Part shown: in pieces, positions 1 through 9,079 of the stretch
How positions within the stretch are numbered: position 1 is the first letter of the stretch
Layout of the letters: the number at the start of each line of letters is the position of its first letter
Origin: Candidatus Thorarchaeota archaeon
GTDB taxonomy: Archaea; Asgardarchaeota; Thorarchaeia; Thorarchaeales; Thorarchaeaceae
Length of the DNA: 22,304 bases
Assembly: GCA_011364905.1 (NCBI GenBank)
Contig: RDNZ01000031.1
Coordinates: 1-22,304 of the forward strand
Direction: 5' to 3'
Made by a program: the position numbers and the translations under genes
Notes under the pieces: generated by a model
The model's database searches: none
Told to the model about the DNA's origin: nothing
Seen by the model: the letters and a program-made list of their open reading frames with translations, nothing else

Positions 1-52
1 CAATGAAAACTGCAATCCAGATTCTTAGCTTTGTCTGGTAGTTTCTAGGAAT

Positions 53-316
53 CTATGCGATGTTCGATTGAGATGCAGCTTTGATAATGTAATAAAGTCC
101 AAGACCAAGTAGGATGAAAGTCACTACCCCACCAAAGATTACGGCGGGGAACATGAGCAATTCTTCCAAAGGCGTATAGGTCAGGGGAGGTGCATTACTC
201 CTGATAGCAATCACATAGACTGCGTATGCCAGAAGTCCCCCGCTGGTCCCCAGATAGACCAAGCCCTTCCGGAACCAAGCCTTGTGCAAATCTTGACTCA
301 ATTTTGAATCCCCCAA
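53..316 (-). CDS. Hypothetical small membrane protein (2 predicted TM helices)
   Basis: 87-aa ORF with TTG start and two hydrophobic stretches (GLVYLGTSGGLLAYAVYVIAI; LLMFPAVIFGGVVTFILLGLGLYYII); no family recognised. Confidence 0.55.
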   Translation of the reverse strand: MGDSKLSQDLHKAWFRKGLVYLGTSGGLLAYAVYVIAIRSNAPPLTYTPLEELLMFPAVIFGGVVTFILLGLGLYYIIKAASQSNIA

Positions 317-445
317 TTAATCCTGAACAATAATAGATGAAGGTCTGCATTAAAACCTTGGTTTGCAAATCGCAGGAAACTGAATTTTTCTTCTTCAATA
401 TTGTTATTTCAATCCTGCGGAGAAACAAGAATTTCTGGATTGGAG

Positions 446-877
446 TTATCTTTCAGATTCGTCATTAGTTCCCATTTCTTCTTGGACGAAATCAACAGCC
501 TGTTTCATCTCGGATGCTAGGTCAGACACATCCTTGACCACTAGAGTATCAACTATTTGCTCAACAAAGATTTCTTCAGATGATACTACTTTCTTGGAAG
601 ATCCCTCGTCCATGTATGGAAAGTATCTCTTTCGGATTCTCTCGTCTAGTGCATCTTTCTGAAAACTTGGAGTCTTGTGACGTTTTAATCGAGACGCCCT
701 CTTTCTCCTTTCTATTACCCTCTGCTTATCTTTTGCAAGCATCATCCTGATGTAGTCTTCATCAGTCATCTTATTTACAGGCTTTCCACTAGCTTCAGTC
801 TTAGTACCGAGGAATTCATCAAGTAGTTGTGAAACTGTAAAATCGTCAATGATTCTCTGTTTCTTTCCGTTCCGCAT
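446..877 (-). CDS. Hypothetical charged soluble protein
   Basis: 143-aa ATG ORF with a basic central segment (RRKRASRLKRHK) and acidic C-terminus; no family recognised. Confidence 0.6.
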   Translation of the reverse strand: MRNGKKQRIIDDFTVSQLLDEFLGTKTEASGKPVNKMTDEDYIRMMLAKDKQRVIERRKRASRLKRHKTPSFQKDALDERIRKRYFPYMDEGSSKKVVSSEEIFVEQIVDTLVVKDVSDLASEMKQAVDFVQEEMGTNDESER

Positions 878-1121
878 AATCTAGTACGACCTGTCATGTA
901 CTTCCGGGAATGAAGAAATAAAACACCTTTGGAATGGATTTGAAAAAACCGCACATTTCAGGCAAGCATCGGGTAATGAAACGCAAGCTTTGCCTCGATT
1001 GCGGGCCTCTCAAGGATAATCTGTCCAAAATTTGGCTAAATTAGTGAAGTGTTCTTCCAAGCCTCAATCCTGCAAAGAAGCAAGAGTTCCTTTATGGATA
1101 CAGGTATTCTCTGTAGGATTT

Positions 1122-1937
1122 TCAAGGAGGTCCTTTCCCAATTTTTTCAAGATACTTATCAAATTCATCTCCCATCATGACTTCGACATACCAAGTCATA
1201 CCAAGAGCCTCGGATTCCTTAATCCATGAGTCTTTTTCCGGATCTCCACTGGATATTCCCATAATTACAATGTCATAGTCCTTCATAGACTCTCGATGCT
1301 TTTTGACATAGTTTGTTACATCGGAATATTCCTCCAGAGACATGTCTTCACTCATCGATAATGGAAACACACCATCGTATCTTGCCGCTCTTCGGAATGG
1401 AGCTTTTATTGGCCAGGTTCCTGCACACCATATCGGCACACGTGGTCGTTGAATGGGGCGAGGGTTGAATGTGACATCATCAATAGTGTAGTGTTTTCCA
1501 GAGAATGAGAATGGCTTGCCAGACCAAAGACCCTCAAGAATTGCTAAAGACTCGTCCAGTCTCTCTGCTCTCTCTTTGAGAGTAGTGTCTTCTCCAAACT
1601 TTCTATAATCATTATCACGAGAACCTCCCAATCCAACTCCTAAAATGAACCTTCCCTTAGAGAGAATATCTAAAGCAGCGACCTCCCTTGCTACCACCTG
1701 TGGGCGGCGTCTTGGTAGAGGTGTCACTGTTGTACCAATTCGAATCTTTTCAGTGCATGCTGCTACGGCTGCAAGTGTGATCCATGGATCTGCAATCAAT
1801 TGTTCTTTTCCTGCATAATTGTGGTCCCACATAAAGAACCCATCCCACCCTGCATCTTCAGCAGCAACTGCCAATTCAAGGAATTTATTGGGATCTCCTT
1901 GAAGTGCAAAATTTGAGATATAGACTCCATATTTCAT
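1122..1937 (-). CDS. LLM-class flavin-dependent oxidoreductase (luciferase-like)
   Basis: AEDAGWDGFFMWDH, DPWITLAAVAACTEKIRIGTTVTPLPRRRP, LDILSKGRFILGVGLG, PRPIQRPRVPIW; ends in GPP. Confidence 0.92.
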   Translation of the reverse strand: MKYGVYISNFALQGDPNKFLELAVAAEDAGWDGFFMWDHNYAGKEQLIADPWITLAAVAACTEKIRIGTTVTPLPRRRPQVVAREVAALDILSKGRFILGVGLGGSRDNDYRKFGEDTTLKERAERLDESLAILEGLWSGKPFSFSGKHYTIDDVTFNPRPIQRPRVPIWCAGTWPIKAPFRRAARYDGVFPLSMSEDMSLEEYSDVTNYVKKHRESMKDYDIVIMGISSGDPEKDSWIKESEALGMTWYVEVMMGDEFDKYLEKIGKGPP

Positions 1938-2056
1938 CCCAGTTCACCAATGAATGAGCTGAGTACCCTAGTGATATTATGTTCACTCACTTTTTCTGAG
2001 TGTTTTTTCAGAGGTTATCTGCAAACCCTTTCGAACTGTCATCATGATTCTTGAAA

Positions 2057-2959
2057 TCAAGTTAAGTGCATAACAGCTTCTGAAACTGCCTGCTCGAACT
2101 CGAGACCCTCGAATAGAATACGTTTAGGATTCTTCACGATGTAAGCAAATGAGTATGTGATACCATATAGTTGATTGTAAGAGAAGATGTATTCGGGTTT
2201 CTCTATGAAGTGCGACGAGAACTCTTCGCATAGATCGTCAAACCTAGCTCGTGCCTTCATACTATCAAAATTGATGTTGACATTAACATCAAATGTGCGT
2301 CGGTAGATTTCTTCACCTTTTGTAAGACTACGCAGAGTACTAACCGCTGAGTCTAACCTTCTAGACTTGTGATTCTCCTTGTCTTCCTCAACTTCAAGCT
2401 CACGCTCAGCAATATAATCGTCCACTCGTACTCTGAAGTTCTTCACATTCGATGTCACAACTTTGCTGTTTGGGACATTCAGTCTGGTGTGGTTTTTTTG
2501 TAACAGCCGCGTATAATTCAGAGTGATTTCTAACACAAGTCCCTCTGCATCACCAATCACAACATAGTCTCCGACTCTAAATGGACGTGCTCCCAGCACA
2601 TAGATGCCACCAAGAAGATTTGACATAGCTTGTGAGAAAGCAAGGCCAATTGCAGTTCCAAGAAGGGCGCCTAGTGCTACAACTCCAGTACTAATCGCAT
2701 TTGTTAGGCTTAAGATAGCTACTAGAGCTATGGCAAAGAAAACCAAACGGATTCCAAAAATAACACCGGATGATGCTTCTCTTGATATGCCCGCTTTTCG
2801 AAAGGATATTTTCACCGCTCGGACCACAACTAAGTATACTATATAGATGATAGCCAAAAAAGGAATGATTGCAACGAATATTGCATAGTTTCCTAATCCA
2901 AACGGATTTAGGAAATCGCCTATTATTTTTACAAATTCTGAAAACGGATCGAATTGCAC
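2057..2959 (-). CDS. mscS: Small-conductance mechanosensitive channel (MscS family)
   Basis: Three TM segments, then GLAFSQAMSNLLGGIYVLGARPFRVGDYVVIGDAEGLVLEITLNYTRL...VPNS; GTG start preceded by GAGGG. Confidence 0.88.
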   Translation of the reverse strand: MQFDPFSEFVKIIGDFLNPFGLGNYAIFVAIIPFLAIIYIVYLVVVRAVKISFRKAGISREASSGVIFGIRLVFFAIALVAILSLTNAISTGVVALGALLGTAIGLAFSQAMSNLLGGIYVLGARPFRVGDYVVIGDAEGLVLEITLNYTRLLQKNHTRLNVPNSKVVTSNVKNFRVRVDDYIAERELEVEEDKENHKSRRLDSAVSTLRSLTKGEEIYRRTFDVNVNINFDSMKARARFDDLCEEFSSHFIEKPEYIFSYNQLYGITYSFAYIVKNPKRILFEGLEFEQAVSEAVMHLT

Positions 2960-3205
2960 TTGAGTCCCTCGTTGTTGTTGTTTTTTGTGGCATCAAACTC
3001 TTTGGTTCTTGGTTTTTAATCTAGATGTTTTCAACTCTTGGCCTCAAAAAAAGGAATCTCTCAACAGATGCAAAAGGACGGTAGTGCTTTTTGAAACAAA
3101 AAGCTATGAAACATTGTTTCATTTCTCCGATCGTTAAATTCAGCTCTTTCTGAATTGATGAGATGAGCACAGTTAAAATGAAGCCTCTATAACCTGTTTT
3201 CTAGA

Positions 3206-3826
3206 ATGACGAACATCTTCCGAAAAACCATACTCGATAAATTTGCAAAACAAGTGCCAGAGCTCGAGAGTTCATTACGAAAGGCAAAGATGAAGCTTGA
3301 ACCAACACTTCAGCCTCCGTTCAATATGCTCATGAGGTCAATCCTCTATCAACAACTAGCATACAAAGCAGCGAAAACAATCCATGACCGTTTTCTTGCT
3401 CTCGTAGGCAAACTCACACCAACCAATGTATTGTCCAAGACGCAAGAAGAGCTACGTTCCGTCGGTCTCTCAAGACAAAAGGCATCCTATATGCATAACG
3501 TGGCTGAAGCTTTTGGCAAGGGTGGTTTTCTCTGGAAGTATCGCAAGATTGAGTCTCTCTCGAACCTATCTACAAAGGAAATCATTGACCTATTCATTCA
3601 GATTAAGGGTGTGGGCATATGGACTGTTCAGATGTACTTGATCTTCTCGCTTGGTCGTTTAGATGTCCTCTCTTCAGGAGACCTTGGTGTTAGAAAAGGC
3701 GTTATGAAACTCTATGGTCTTGATAAGATGCCTACGCAAAAAGAGGTTGATGCTCTAGCTGAACCTTGGCATCCCTTGGAAACCGTAGGAACTTTCCTAG
3801 CATGGCGTGTTCTCGACGAAACGTGA
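3206..3826 (+). CDS. alkA: DNA-3-methyladenine glycosylase II family (HhH-GPD, AlkA-like)
   Basis: LMRSILYQQLAYKAA, LRSVGLSRQKASY, HhH motif IKGVGIWTVQMYLIF, catalytic Asp in GDLGVRK, and W-x-P near the C-terminus. Confidence 0.9.
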   Translation: MTNIFRKTILDKFAKQVPELESSLRKAKMKLEPTLQPPFNMLMRSILYQQLAYKAAKTIHDRFLALVGKLTPTNVLSKTQEELRSVGLSRQKASYMHNVAEAFGKGGFLWKYRKIESLSNLSTKEIIDLFIQIKGVGIWTVQMYLIFSLGRLDVLSSGDLGVRKGVMKLYGLDKMPTQKEVDALAEPWHPLETVGTFLAWRVLDET

Positions 3827-3843
3827 ATGACTGGGGCGTCGCT

Positions 3844-4866
3844 TTATCCAGCCTCCATTATCCAATTATATTCATGATTGAAGATGTCTGTCAATGCGTT
3901 CTTTCTTGATTCGTCAATGAAAGCCATCCCTACTCCGTTCAATGAGATTTGGAACAACTCCTGAATCGAGAAGTCAAGATGTTTGTGAATCTGAATATAC
4001 TCGTTATTCAGATCAGTGTGAAAGAGTGATGGATCATCAGAACCTACAGTGACTAAGAGTCCCCTGTCATAGAATTCTCTGATCGGATGCTCTCTGATTG
4101 ATTTGACAACACCAGTCCTAAGATTACTAACGGGATTCATTTCAATTCCGATTTGTTTCTCCTTGAGATAGTTGAGCAGCTTCGGGTCTTCGCGTGCAGT
4201 TACACCATGACCTATGCGTTCAACGTCAAGATATTTTATGGCATCCCAGATAGATTTGGGTCCTGCTGCTTCTCCAGCATGTGCAACAAGATGCAGTCCC
4301 ATCCCATATGCTCGTTTGTATGCCTCCGCAAATGGTCTTGGTGGAAATAGAGGTTCATTCCCTCCAATGTCTACCGATACGATGTTCTGTGGATTTTCTT
4401 CAATCAAGTCCAAAACTTCCATTGCTTCATCCTGGGTTGAGCTTCGAACGAGGTCAATCCGAATGTTGGATTCAATCCCAAAAGAGGTTCTGGCACGATT
4501 TATTCCTCGATTGATTGCCTTCACCATCCTAGAAAAATCAAGATTATGTTGGAGATGATCTCTAGGCGAAAAACTCGCCTCAACATAATGAGTGTTGCAT
4601 TCGGCGCATTTCTTGAGCATGTCGTAAGTGATGCGCTCGAAATGCTTCTCATTCGTTATGTACCCTATGATTTCCATATACACCTCAATGAAATGTGCGA
4701 AGTCTGAATACCGGAATCGTCGAGTGATATCTTCTACTGTTTCATACGGTGCATCCAACCCATCCTCTCTAATAATCGATAGTAGCGTCGAAGGCTGTAA
4801 TGAACCGAGTGTATGAACATGGAGCTCGACTTTCGGAAGCGCTCTGATTGCATCATTGATATTCAT
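3844..4866 (-). CDS. add: Adenosine/adenine deaminase family protein
   Basis: LPKVELHVH, AHAGE, ERIGHG, PVSN, GSDDP metal-binding and catalytic motifs. Confidence 0.9.
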   Translation of the reverse strand: MNINDAIRALPKVELHVHTLGSLQPSTLLSIIREDGLDAPYETVEDITRRFRYSDFAHFIEVYMEIIGYITNEKHFERITYDMLKKCAECNTHYVEASFSPRDHLQHNLDFSRMVKAINRGINRARTSFGIESNIRIDLVRSSTQDEAMEVLDLIEENPQNIVSVDIGGNEPLFPPRPFAEAYKRAYGMGLHLVAHAGEAAGPKSIWDAIKYLDVERIGHGVTAREDPKLLNYLKEKQIGIEMNPVSNLRTGVVKSIREHPIREFYDRGLLVTVGSDDPSLFHTDLNNEYIQIHKHLDFSIQELFQISLNGVGMAFIDESRKNALTDIFNHEYNWIMEAG

Positions 4867-4996
4867 TGCTGTATATTTTCACTCCAGGTCATTTATGTAA
4901 ATAACGATGTGAAATCGCCTGTCTAGGTATTGCCTTTTTGCACCTATCTATAAATCTCAAAAGGCGGATTGTATCTAGTTCATTACTCAATTTGGT

Positions 4997-6184
4997 GTGA
5001 GCATTATGAGCGATAGGAAGAGAAAACCTGCTACACTCTGTGTACAAGGTGAAAACTCACAGACATCAGGTCCTGCAGTTGCTCCCATAGTACAGGCATC
5101 GACCTTTGTATTCGAGAATCAACAGCAAATGCTGGATTCGGTGCAAGGGAAGACAGGAAAAGATGTGTATACTCGATGGAGCAATCCCACAACCAAGAAT
5201 GTCGAGGAAAAACTGAATGCTCTTGAAGGTACAGAAGATACTCATGTTGTAGCTTCGGGGATGGCAGCCATTGCCTCTGCCATAATGGGCCTTGTAAAGA
5301 ATGGAGAGAGAGTTCTATCGAGTGATTCGATTTATGGTGGGACATTCAATCTCTTCAATAAAATACTCTCGCAAATTTGCATGGAAATTGATTATGTTGA
5401 TACTGATGCGGTAGCTGATACTCTTGAAGACTCTGGTTCCAAGTACAAGCTGTGTTTCTTTGAAACTCCGACCAATCCCACTCTGAAAATCATCGATATT
5501 AAGAAAGTTGCAGATGCCGCACAGAGTACTGGGACAATCAGCCTTATTGACAGTACCTTTGGCTCACCAATCAATCAGAGACCCTATACCCTAGGCATTG
5601 ATCTCGTCATGCATAGCGCTACTAAGTATCTTGGCGGCCATAGCGATATCATTGCTGGAACCATTTCAGGGTCAAAGGAACTGATGAGTGAGGTTCGCTC
5701 AGCCGCAAAGCTCCTCGGAGGCACGATGGACCCATTTGCCTCGTTTCTGCTTGATCGAGGGATCAAGACTCTTGAAGTCCGAGTTGCCAAGCACAATTCG
5801 AATGCAAGTTACCTTGCTGAGAATCTCTCTCGAGACTCTAGGGTTAGAGAGGTCCACTACCCAGGTCTCCCGAGTCATCCCCAGCATGATATTGCAAAGA
5901 AGCAAATGTATGGTTTTGGCGGAATGATGGCTGTGACCCTAGACACTGATCTGGCAGGCACGAGTAGGTTTGTAGACTCGCTTAAGATCTTCCTAAATGC
6001 AGTGTCACTTGGCGGAGTGGAAAGCCTTGCGAGTATCCCTGCACTCACGACACATTATGGTATTGATGAGAAGTCACTCAACGAGATGGGGATCTCAAGC
6101 TCAACAGTCCGTCTCTCAGTCGGGATAGAGGATCAAGAAGATTTACTGGATGATTTGATGGCTGGCCTAGACGTATTGTCCTGA
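4997..6184 (+). CDS. Cys/Met metabolism PLP-dependent enzyme (cystathionine/methionine gamma-lyase or gamma-synthase family)
   Basis: YTRWSNPT, SGMAAI, YGGT, ETPTNP, HSATKYLGGHSD (PLP Lys intact), SLGGVESL, VRLSVGIED; start may be the ATG at 5006. Confidence 0.92.
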   Translation: MSIMSDRKRKPATLCVQGENSQTSGPAVAPIVQASTFVFENQQQMLDSVQGKTGKDVYTRWSNPTTKNVEEKLNALEGTEDTHVVASGMAAIASAIMGLVKNGERVLSSDSIYGGTFNLFNKILSQICMEIDYVDTDAVADTLEDSGSKYKLCFFETPTNPTLKIIDIKKVADAAQSTGTISLIDSTFGSPINQRPYTLGIDLVMHSATKYLGGHSDIIAGTISGSKELMSEVRSAAKLLGGTMDPFASFLLDRGIKTLEVRVAKHNSNASYLAENLSRDSRVREVHYPGLPSHPQHDIAKKQMYGFGGMMAVTLDTDLAGTSRFVDSLKIFLNAVSLGGVESLASIPALTTHYGIDEKSLNEMGISSSTVRLSVGIEDQEDLLDDLMAGLDVLS

Positions 6185-6390
6185 TGATATCTAGGCAATA
6201 TGGCCATTTGTTAAGGTGTACATTTCTTGGTCTTACGGACTTCAAATGAAATTGACAAGTCATAGGTGATTTTACTTGGTTCATCAACGCAGCTAGGCAC
6301 AGAGTTAAGCTAGGAGGCTTCTCGAGGCAATCTAGATACGGTCAGTTTGGTCAGACCGGTTATATTCAGATTTGATAATGTGTCCATTGA

Positions 6391-6747
6391 TTGGGAATGA
6401 CAGTAGAACAGGAATCAACATTCATATCATATAATACAAACAGGACTGATTGCGGCCGATGTGCCTGCATTATTCTATATAGCAGTGAACAGTGTGTCCT
6501 TTGTGACGCCGCGCTTGAGATCATGTATAGCGTCCTTTCGGACTTTGGCCTGTCTCATTCTGTCATTCGTGAAGTGGACATTGCTAAAGGCGATGAAGAC
6601 GGTTGTGGACTTCCAGCTCCGGTTGGATTGCCTGCAATGAGAATATGTGAGGAGTTCATTAGTGGCTTGCCTGACATGGATGAAGCCCGAGGCGCAGTCA
6701 TGCATGCAGTTCTAAAGAATTGTTTCTGTAGCAATGATTCACAATAG
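6391..6747 (+). CDS. Thioredoxin/glutaredoxin-fold protein, Cys-rich
   Basis: beta-strand IILYSSEQ, then CVLC, helix, IREVDI, cis-Pro-like GLPAMRI, ISGLP; start TTG 6391 or ATG 6397. Confidence 0.7.
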   Translation: MGMTVEQESTFISYNTNRTDCGRCACIILYSSEQCVLCDAALEIMYSVLSDFGLSHSVIREVDIAKGDEDGCGLPAPVGLPAMRICEEFISGLPDMDEARGAVMHAVLKNCFCSNDSQ

Positions 6748-6802
6748 CTTCTCAAAAGAGTGTAATGCAGCCCAACTGGCACTACTAAATTTCCGCTTCG
6801 CA

Positions 6803-7117
6803 CTATCTTATGGCAGCATGGATATGAGCGACGGATCGCCAAATCTCCGCATTTCTTCTGTATTCCCTTAGTTTTTCTGAATCGATATGGTAGAGAGGCT
6901 TTCTCATATCTGAGAGATTCGGAGTCCTTCTACAGAGTTTACCAGTCAAGAGTGTTTTGAGCGCAAGCGTCACTGTTCTCATTGCAAGACCGGATGTCTT
7001 GGCCAAGTCCTGCGGACACATTGGTCCCTCCTTGTCCAACTTATCAAGCACTATCAATGTACTCTTTGTCAGATTGATTGGTGTACTCATGTTGACCACG
7101 CTTTCTAGTTGATGCAT
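6803..7117 (-). CDS. Winged helix-turn-helix transcriptional regulator (MarR/ArsR-like)
   Basis: LTKSTLIVLDKLDKEGPMCPQDLAKTSGLAMRTVTLALKTL followed by wing PNLSDMRKPLYHI; start may be the second Met (MSTPINL). Confidence 0.8.
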   Translation of the reverse strand: MHQLESVVNMSTPINLTKSTLIVLDKLDKEGPMCPQDLAKTSGLAMRTVTLALKTLLTGKLCRRTPNLSDMRKPLYHIDSEKLREYRRNAEIWRSVAHIHAAIR

Positions 7118-7145
7118 GCACTATTTGGTAAATTCAGCTATCGAA

Positions 7146-7254
7146 ATTGCCAATGTACATACAATGTGCGCATTTCTGGCAAGATTCTTTATATATATTG
7201 CCAATAACGTAATAATGCAGTTGCTTAGAAACCAACCTTAATTGTATAAAAAAG
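7146..7254. promoter_or_regulatory. Divergent promoter region with TATA-like boxes and a repeated ATTGCCAAT element
   Basis: TTTATATATA at about 7188-7197, TATAAAAA at about 7245-7252; ATTGCCAAT at 7146-7154 and 7197-7205; lies between two divergent HTH genes. Confidence 0.5.
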
Positions 7255-7278
7255 CACAGATTCTCAAGGTGAACTCCA

Positions 7279-8367
7279 ACGACTCGAATAGACCCCAAGG
7301 ATGTTAGAATCATTGGTGCCCTTGATAAACTTGGTCCTAAGGTGTCTACAGAGGAGATTGGTGCATTTTTGGATCTACCACCTAGAACCGTGAGATATCG
7401 TCTACAAAGACTTCGAGAAACAGGAGTTCTAAAATCAACACGAGTGGTGGCCATTGAGCGAAAGCTTGGTCTTGGTGAGTGCATCTTTCTTGTGAATGCG
7501 ACAGCTCATGGTGCTGAGGTATTGCCGGAAGTCTTCCAATCCATTGACACGATATATCACAACAGTCCCACCTATGGGAAATACAATGGATTCATTGGGT
7601 ATTCTCTCTACTCTCTCTCCTCTACAACAATAACAGATAGAATCCTTGAAGAACTCCGAAAATTCGAACTGATCTCTGATTTTTTTATTTTCCACATTAT
7701 TGATTTTGATGTTAAGCTCGCTGATTATCGTGAATTTAATCCTGCTCTTGGCTGGACCTGGGACTGGAGTGAGTGGCGCGACAAGATTCCAAAGACTCTC
7801 AAATCAAAGAAGAAATTCGCCCTCCCGATGGACGAAGTGCAATCTCTTGTGGACTTCGACACTATCGATGTGCTCATCTTGAAGCACCTATTCGACGACG
7901 GAGATAGCACTCAGAGGAAGTTGGCGGAGGTTTTGTCACTCTCTGAAGCGCAGGTGAACAAAAGGATTCGTCGCCTTGAAGATGAAGGGATAATAAAGGG
8001 CTACAGGTCCGTAGTAAATACATCTGCCAATGAAATGAGCATAATCTGTTTTATAATTCTGAAAGAACCTAAGGATCAGATTCTCTCTGTATTCTATCAA
8101 CTTCCTTTTCCAGCTACAATCACCATGAACTCTCGCACTAGATTCGCAATCCAGTTGTCTCTCAATTCACAAGATATGACTGGATTTCTAAAAGGTCTAG
8201 ATGTTCTGCGGCCTCATCTTGCTTCCTGCTTTGTACAAACCCTTCATGATGCGAGAATGAGTGTAGACTCTCACCCATACGACCTCTACAATGAGAAGAC
8301 ACACCGATGGGAAACGCCAGAAAGCATGTATCTACAAGCCATACGAAATGTGATGGAGCGTAAATAG
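7279..8367 (+). CDS. Lrp/AsnC-like regulator with two HTH modules
   Basis: HTH1 IDPKDVRIIGALDKLGPKVSTEEIGAFLDLPPRTVRYRLQRLRETGVL begins upstream of the ORF-track start (7342); HTH2 FDTIDVLILKHLFDDGDSTQRKLAEVLSLSEAQVNKRIRRLEDEGIIKGY. Start placed at ACG 7279 behind an AGGTGA SD (uncertain). Confidence 0.85.
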   Translation, partial: TTRIDPKDVRIIGALDKLGPKVSTEEIGAFLDLPPRTVRYRLQRLRETGVLKSTRVVAIERKLGLGECIFLVNATAHGAEVLPEVFQSIDTIYHNSPTYGKYNGFIGYSLYSLSSTTITDRILEELRKFELISDFFIFHIIDFDVKLADYREFNPALGWTWDWSEWRDKIPKTLKSKKKFALPMDEVQSLVDFDTIDVLILKHLFDDGDSTQRKLAEVLSLSEAQVNKRIRRLEDEGIIKGYRSVVNTSANEMSIICFIILKEPKDQILSVFYQLPFPATITMNSRTRFAIQLSLNSQDMTGFLKGLDVLRPHLASCFVQTLHDARMSVDSHPYDLYNEKTHRWETPESMYLQAIRNVMERK

Positions 8368-8373
8368 TTCAAC

Positions 8374-9060
8374 TCACATAACATCATGAAGAATAGCATT
8401 TCCATCCTTACCCACTTTCCTCAGAGTCCTCATTATTCGTAGGCAGTACGTCAGTCTCTGAGAGAGTCGTCGAGAGATTCCTAATGCCTCAGCAAGGTCA
8501 GAGTTTTTGAAAGGCTTTTCAAGCGAGTCCGGGATGAAATGCAGGAAGTCAGTTGGCTTTTCATAGAGCCTTCTATCTGTGACCTCGAGCAGTCTGTGGT
8601 CCACAATGCTCCACCCCCTCCTTCGCCAACTTCCCTTTCCATCTTGATGGCGGATTTCTTCCTCTTCGATCAATAGGACTTCTATTGAGAAGTTGGAGTG
8701 CGTTATGAAATTAGGAATTCTCACAAGCTCATCGAATAAGTCCTCAAAAGCTCCTCTCTTTGGTGACAATCTGCGACTTAATTGAGTCGTTCCATCTAAG
8801 GTTTCTTTCAGAATCCATTTTTTCTTTGGTATTGGATAGACGAGTCTGATTGGATGGTTTTTCATTAAGGTGCGAAGCTTGTCCTTGATTGCTGCGAAAT
8901 TCCGGGTTTGGATTTCAATTAGTAGGTTGTTTCTGACGACATCTACGACGTATCCTTCCACCACAACCTCAGCTTTAGCGCCACCTGTCGTATAGAGGTC
9001 TTTCAGACTGGCGTGAAGAGACCCCTCCTGCAAAGTTCCTATGACTGGGCTATTTGACAT
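8374..9060 (-). CDS. Putative PD-(D/E)xK nuclease-fold protein with C-terminal wHTH
   Basis: EGSLHASLK...E...VVDVVRNNLLIEIQ (D...EIQ pattern); C-terminal FKNSDLAEALGISRRLSQRLTYCL; GGTGA SD upstream. Confidence 0.65.
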   Translation of the reverse strand: MSNSPVIGTLQEGSLHASLKDLYTTGGAKAEVVVEGYVVDVVRNNLLIEIQTRNFAAIKDKLRTLMKNHPIRLVYPIPKKKWILKETLDGTTQLSRRLSPKRGAFEDLFDELVRIPNFITHSNFSIEVLLIEEEEIRHQDGKGSWRRRGWSIVDHRLLEVTDRRLYEKPTDFLHFIPDSLEKPFKNSDLAEALGISRRLSQRLTYCLRIMRTLRKVGKDGNAILHDVM

Positions 9061-9079
9061 TCAGCTTCACCAAAGCAAA

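Noticed and set aside
955-1005. Possible hairpin, SECIS-like element or ncRNA in the 878-1121 intergenic gap
   Set aside because: Only weak, imperfect pairing; spacing does not fit a SECIS; no adjacent gene has an in-frame TGA at a Cys position
2960-2996. Short (GTT)n/T-run upstream of mscS suggesting a frameshifted N-terminal extension or phase variation
   Set aside because: Repeat is very short, and the GTG start with a GAGGG SD already gives a complete MscS
7270-7272. TGA read-through (selenocysteine) extending the Lrp-like gene upstream
   Set aside because: The upstream frame has no start codon before TAA stops at about 7210-7215, and the TGA is part of an SD motif
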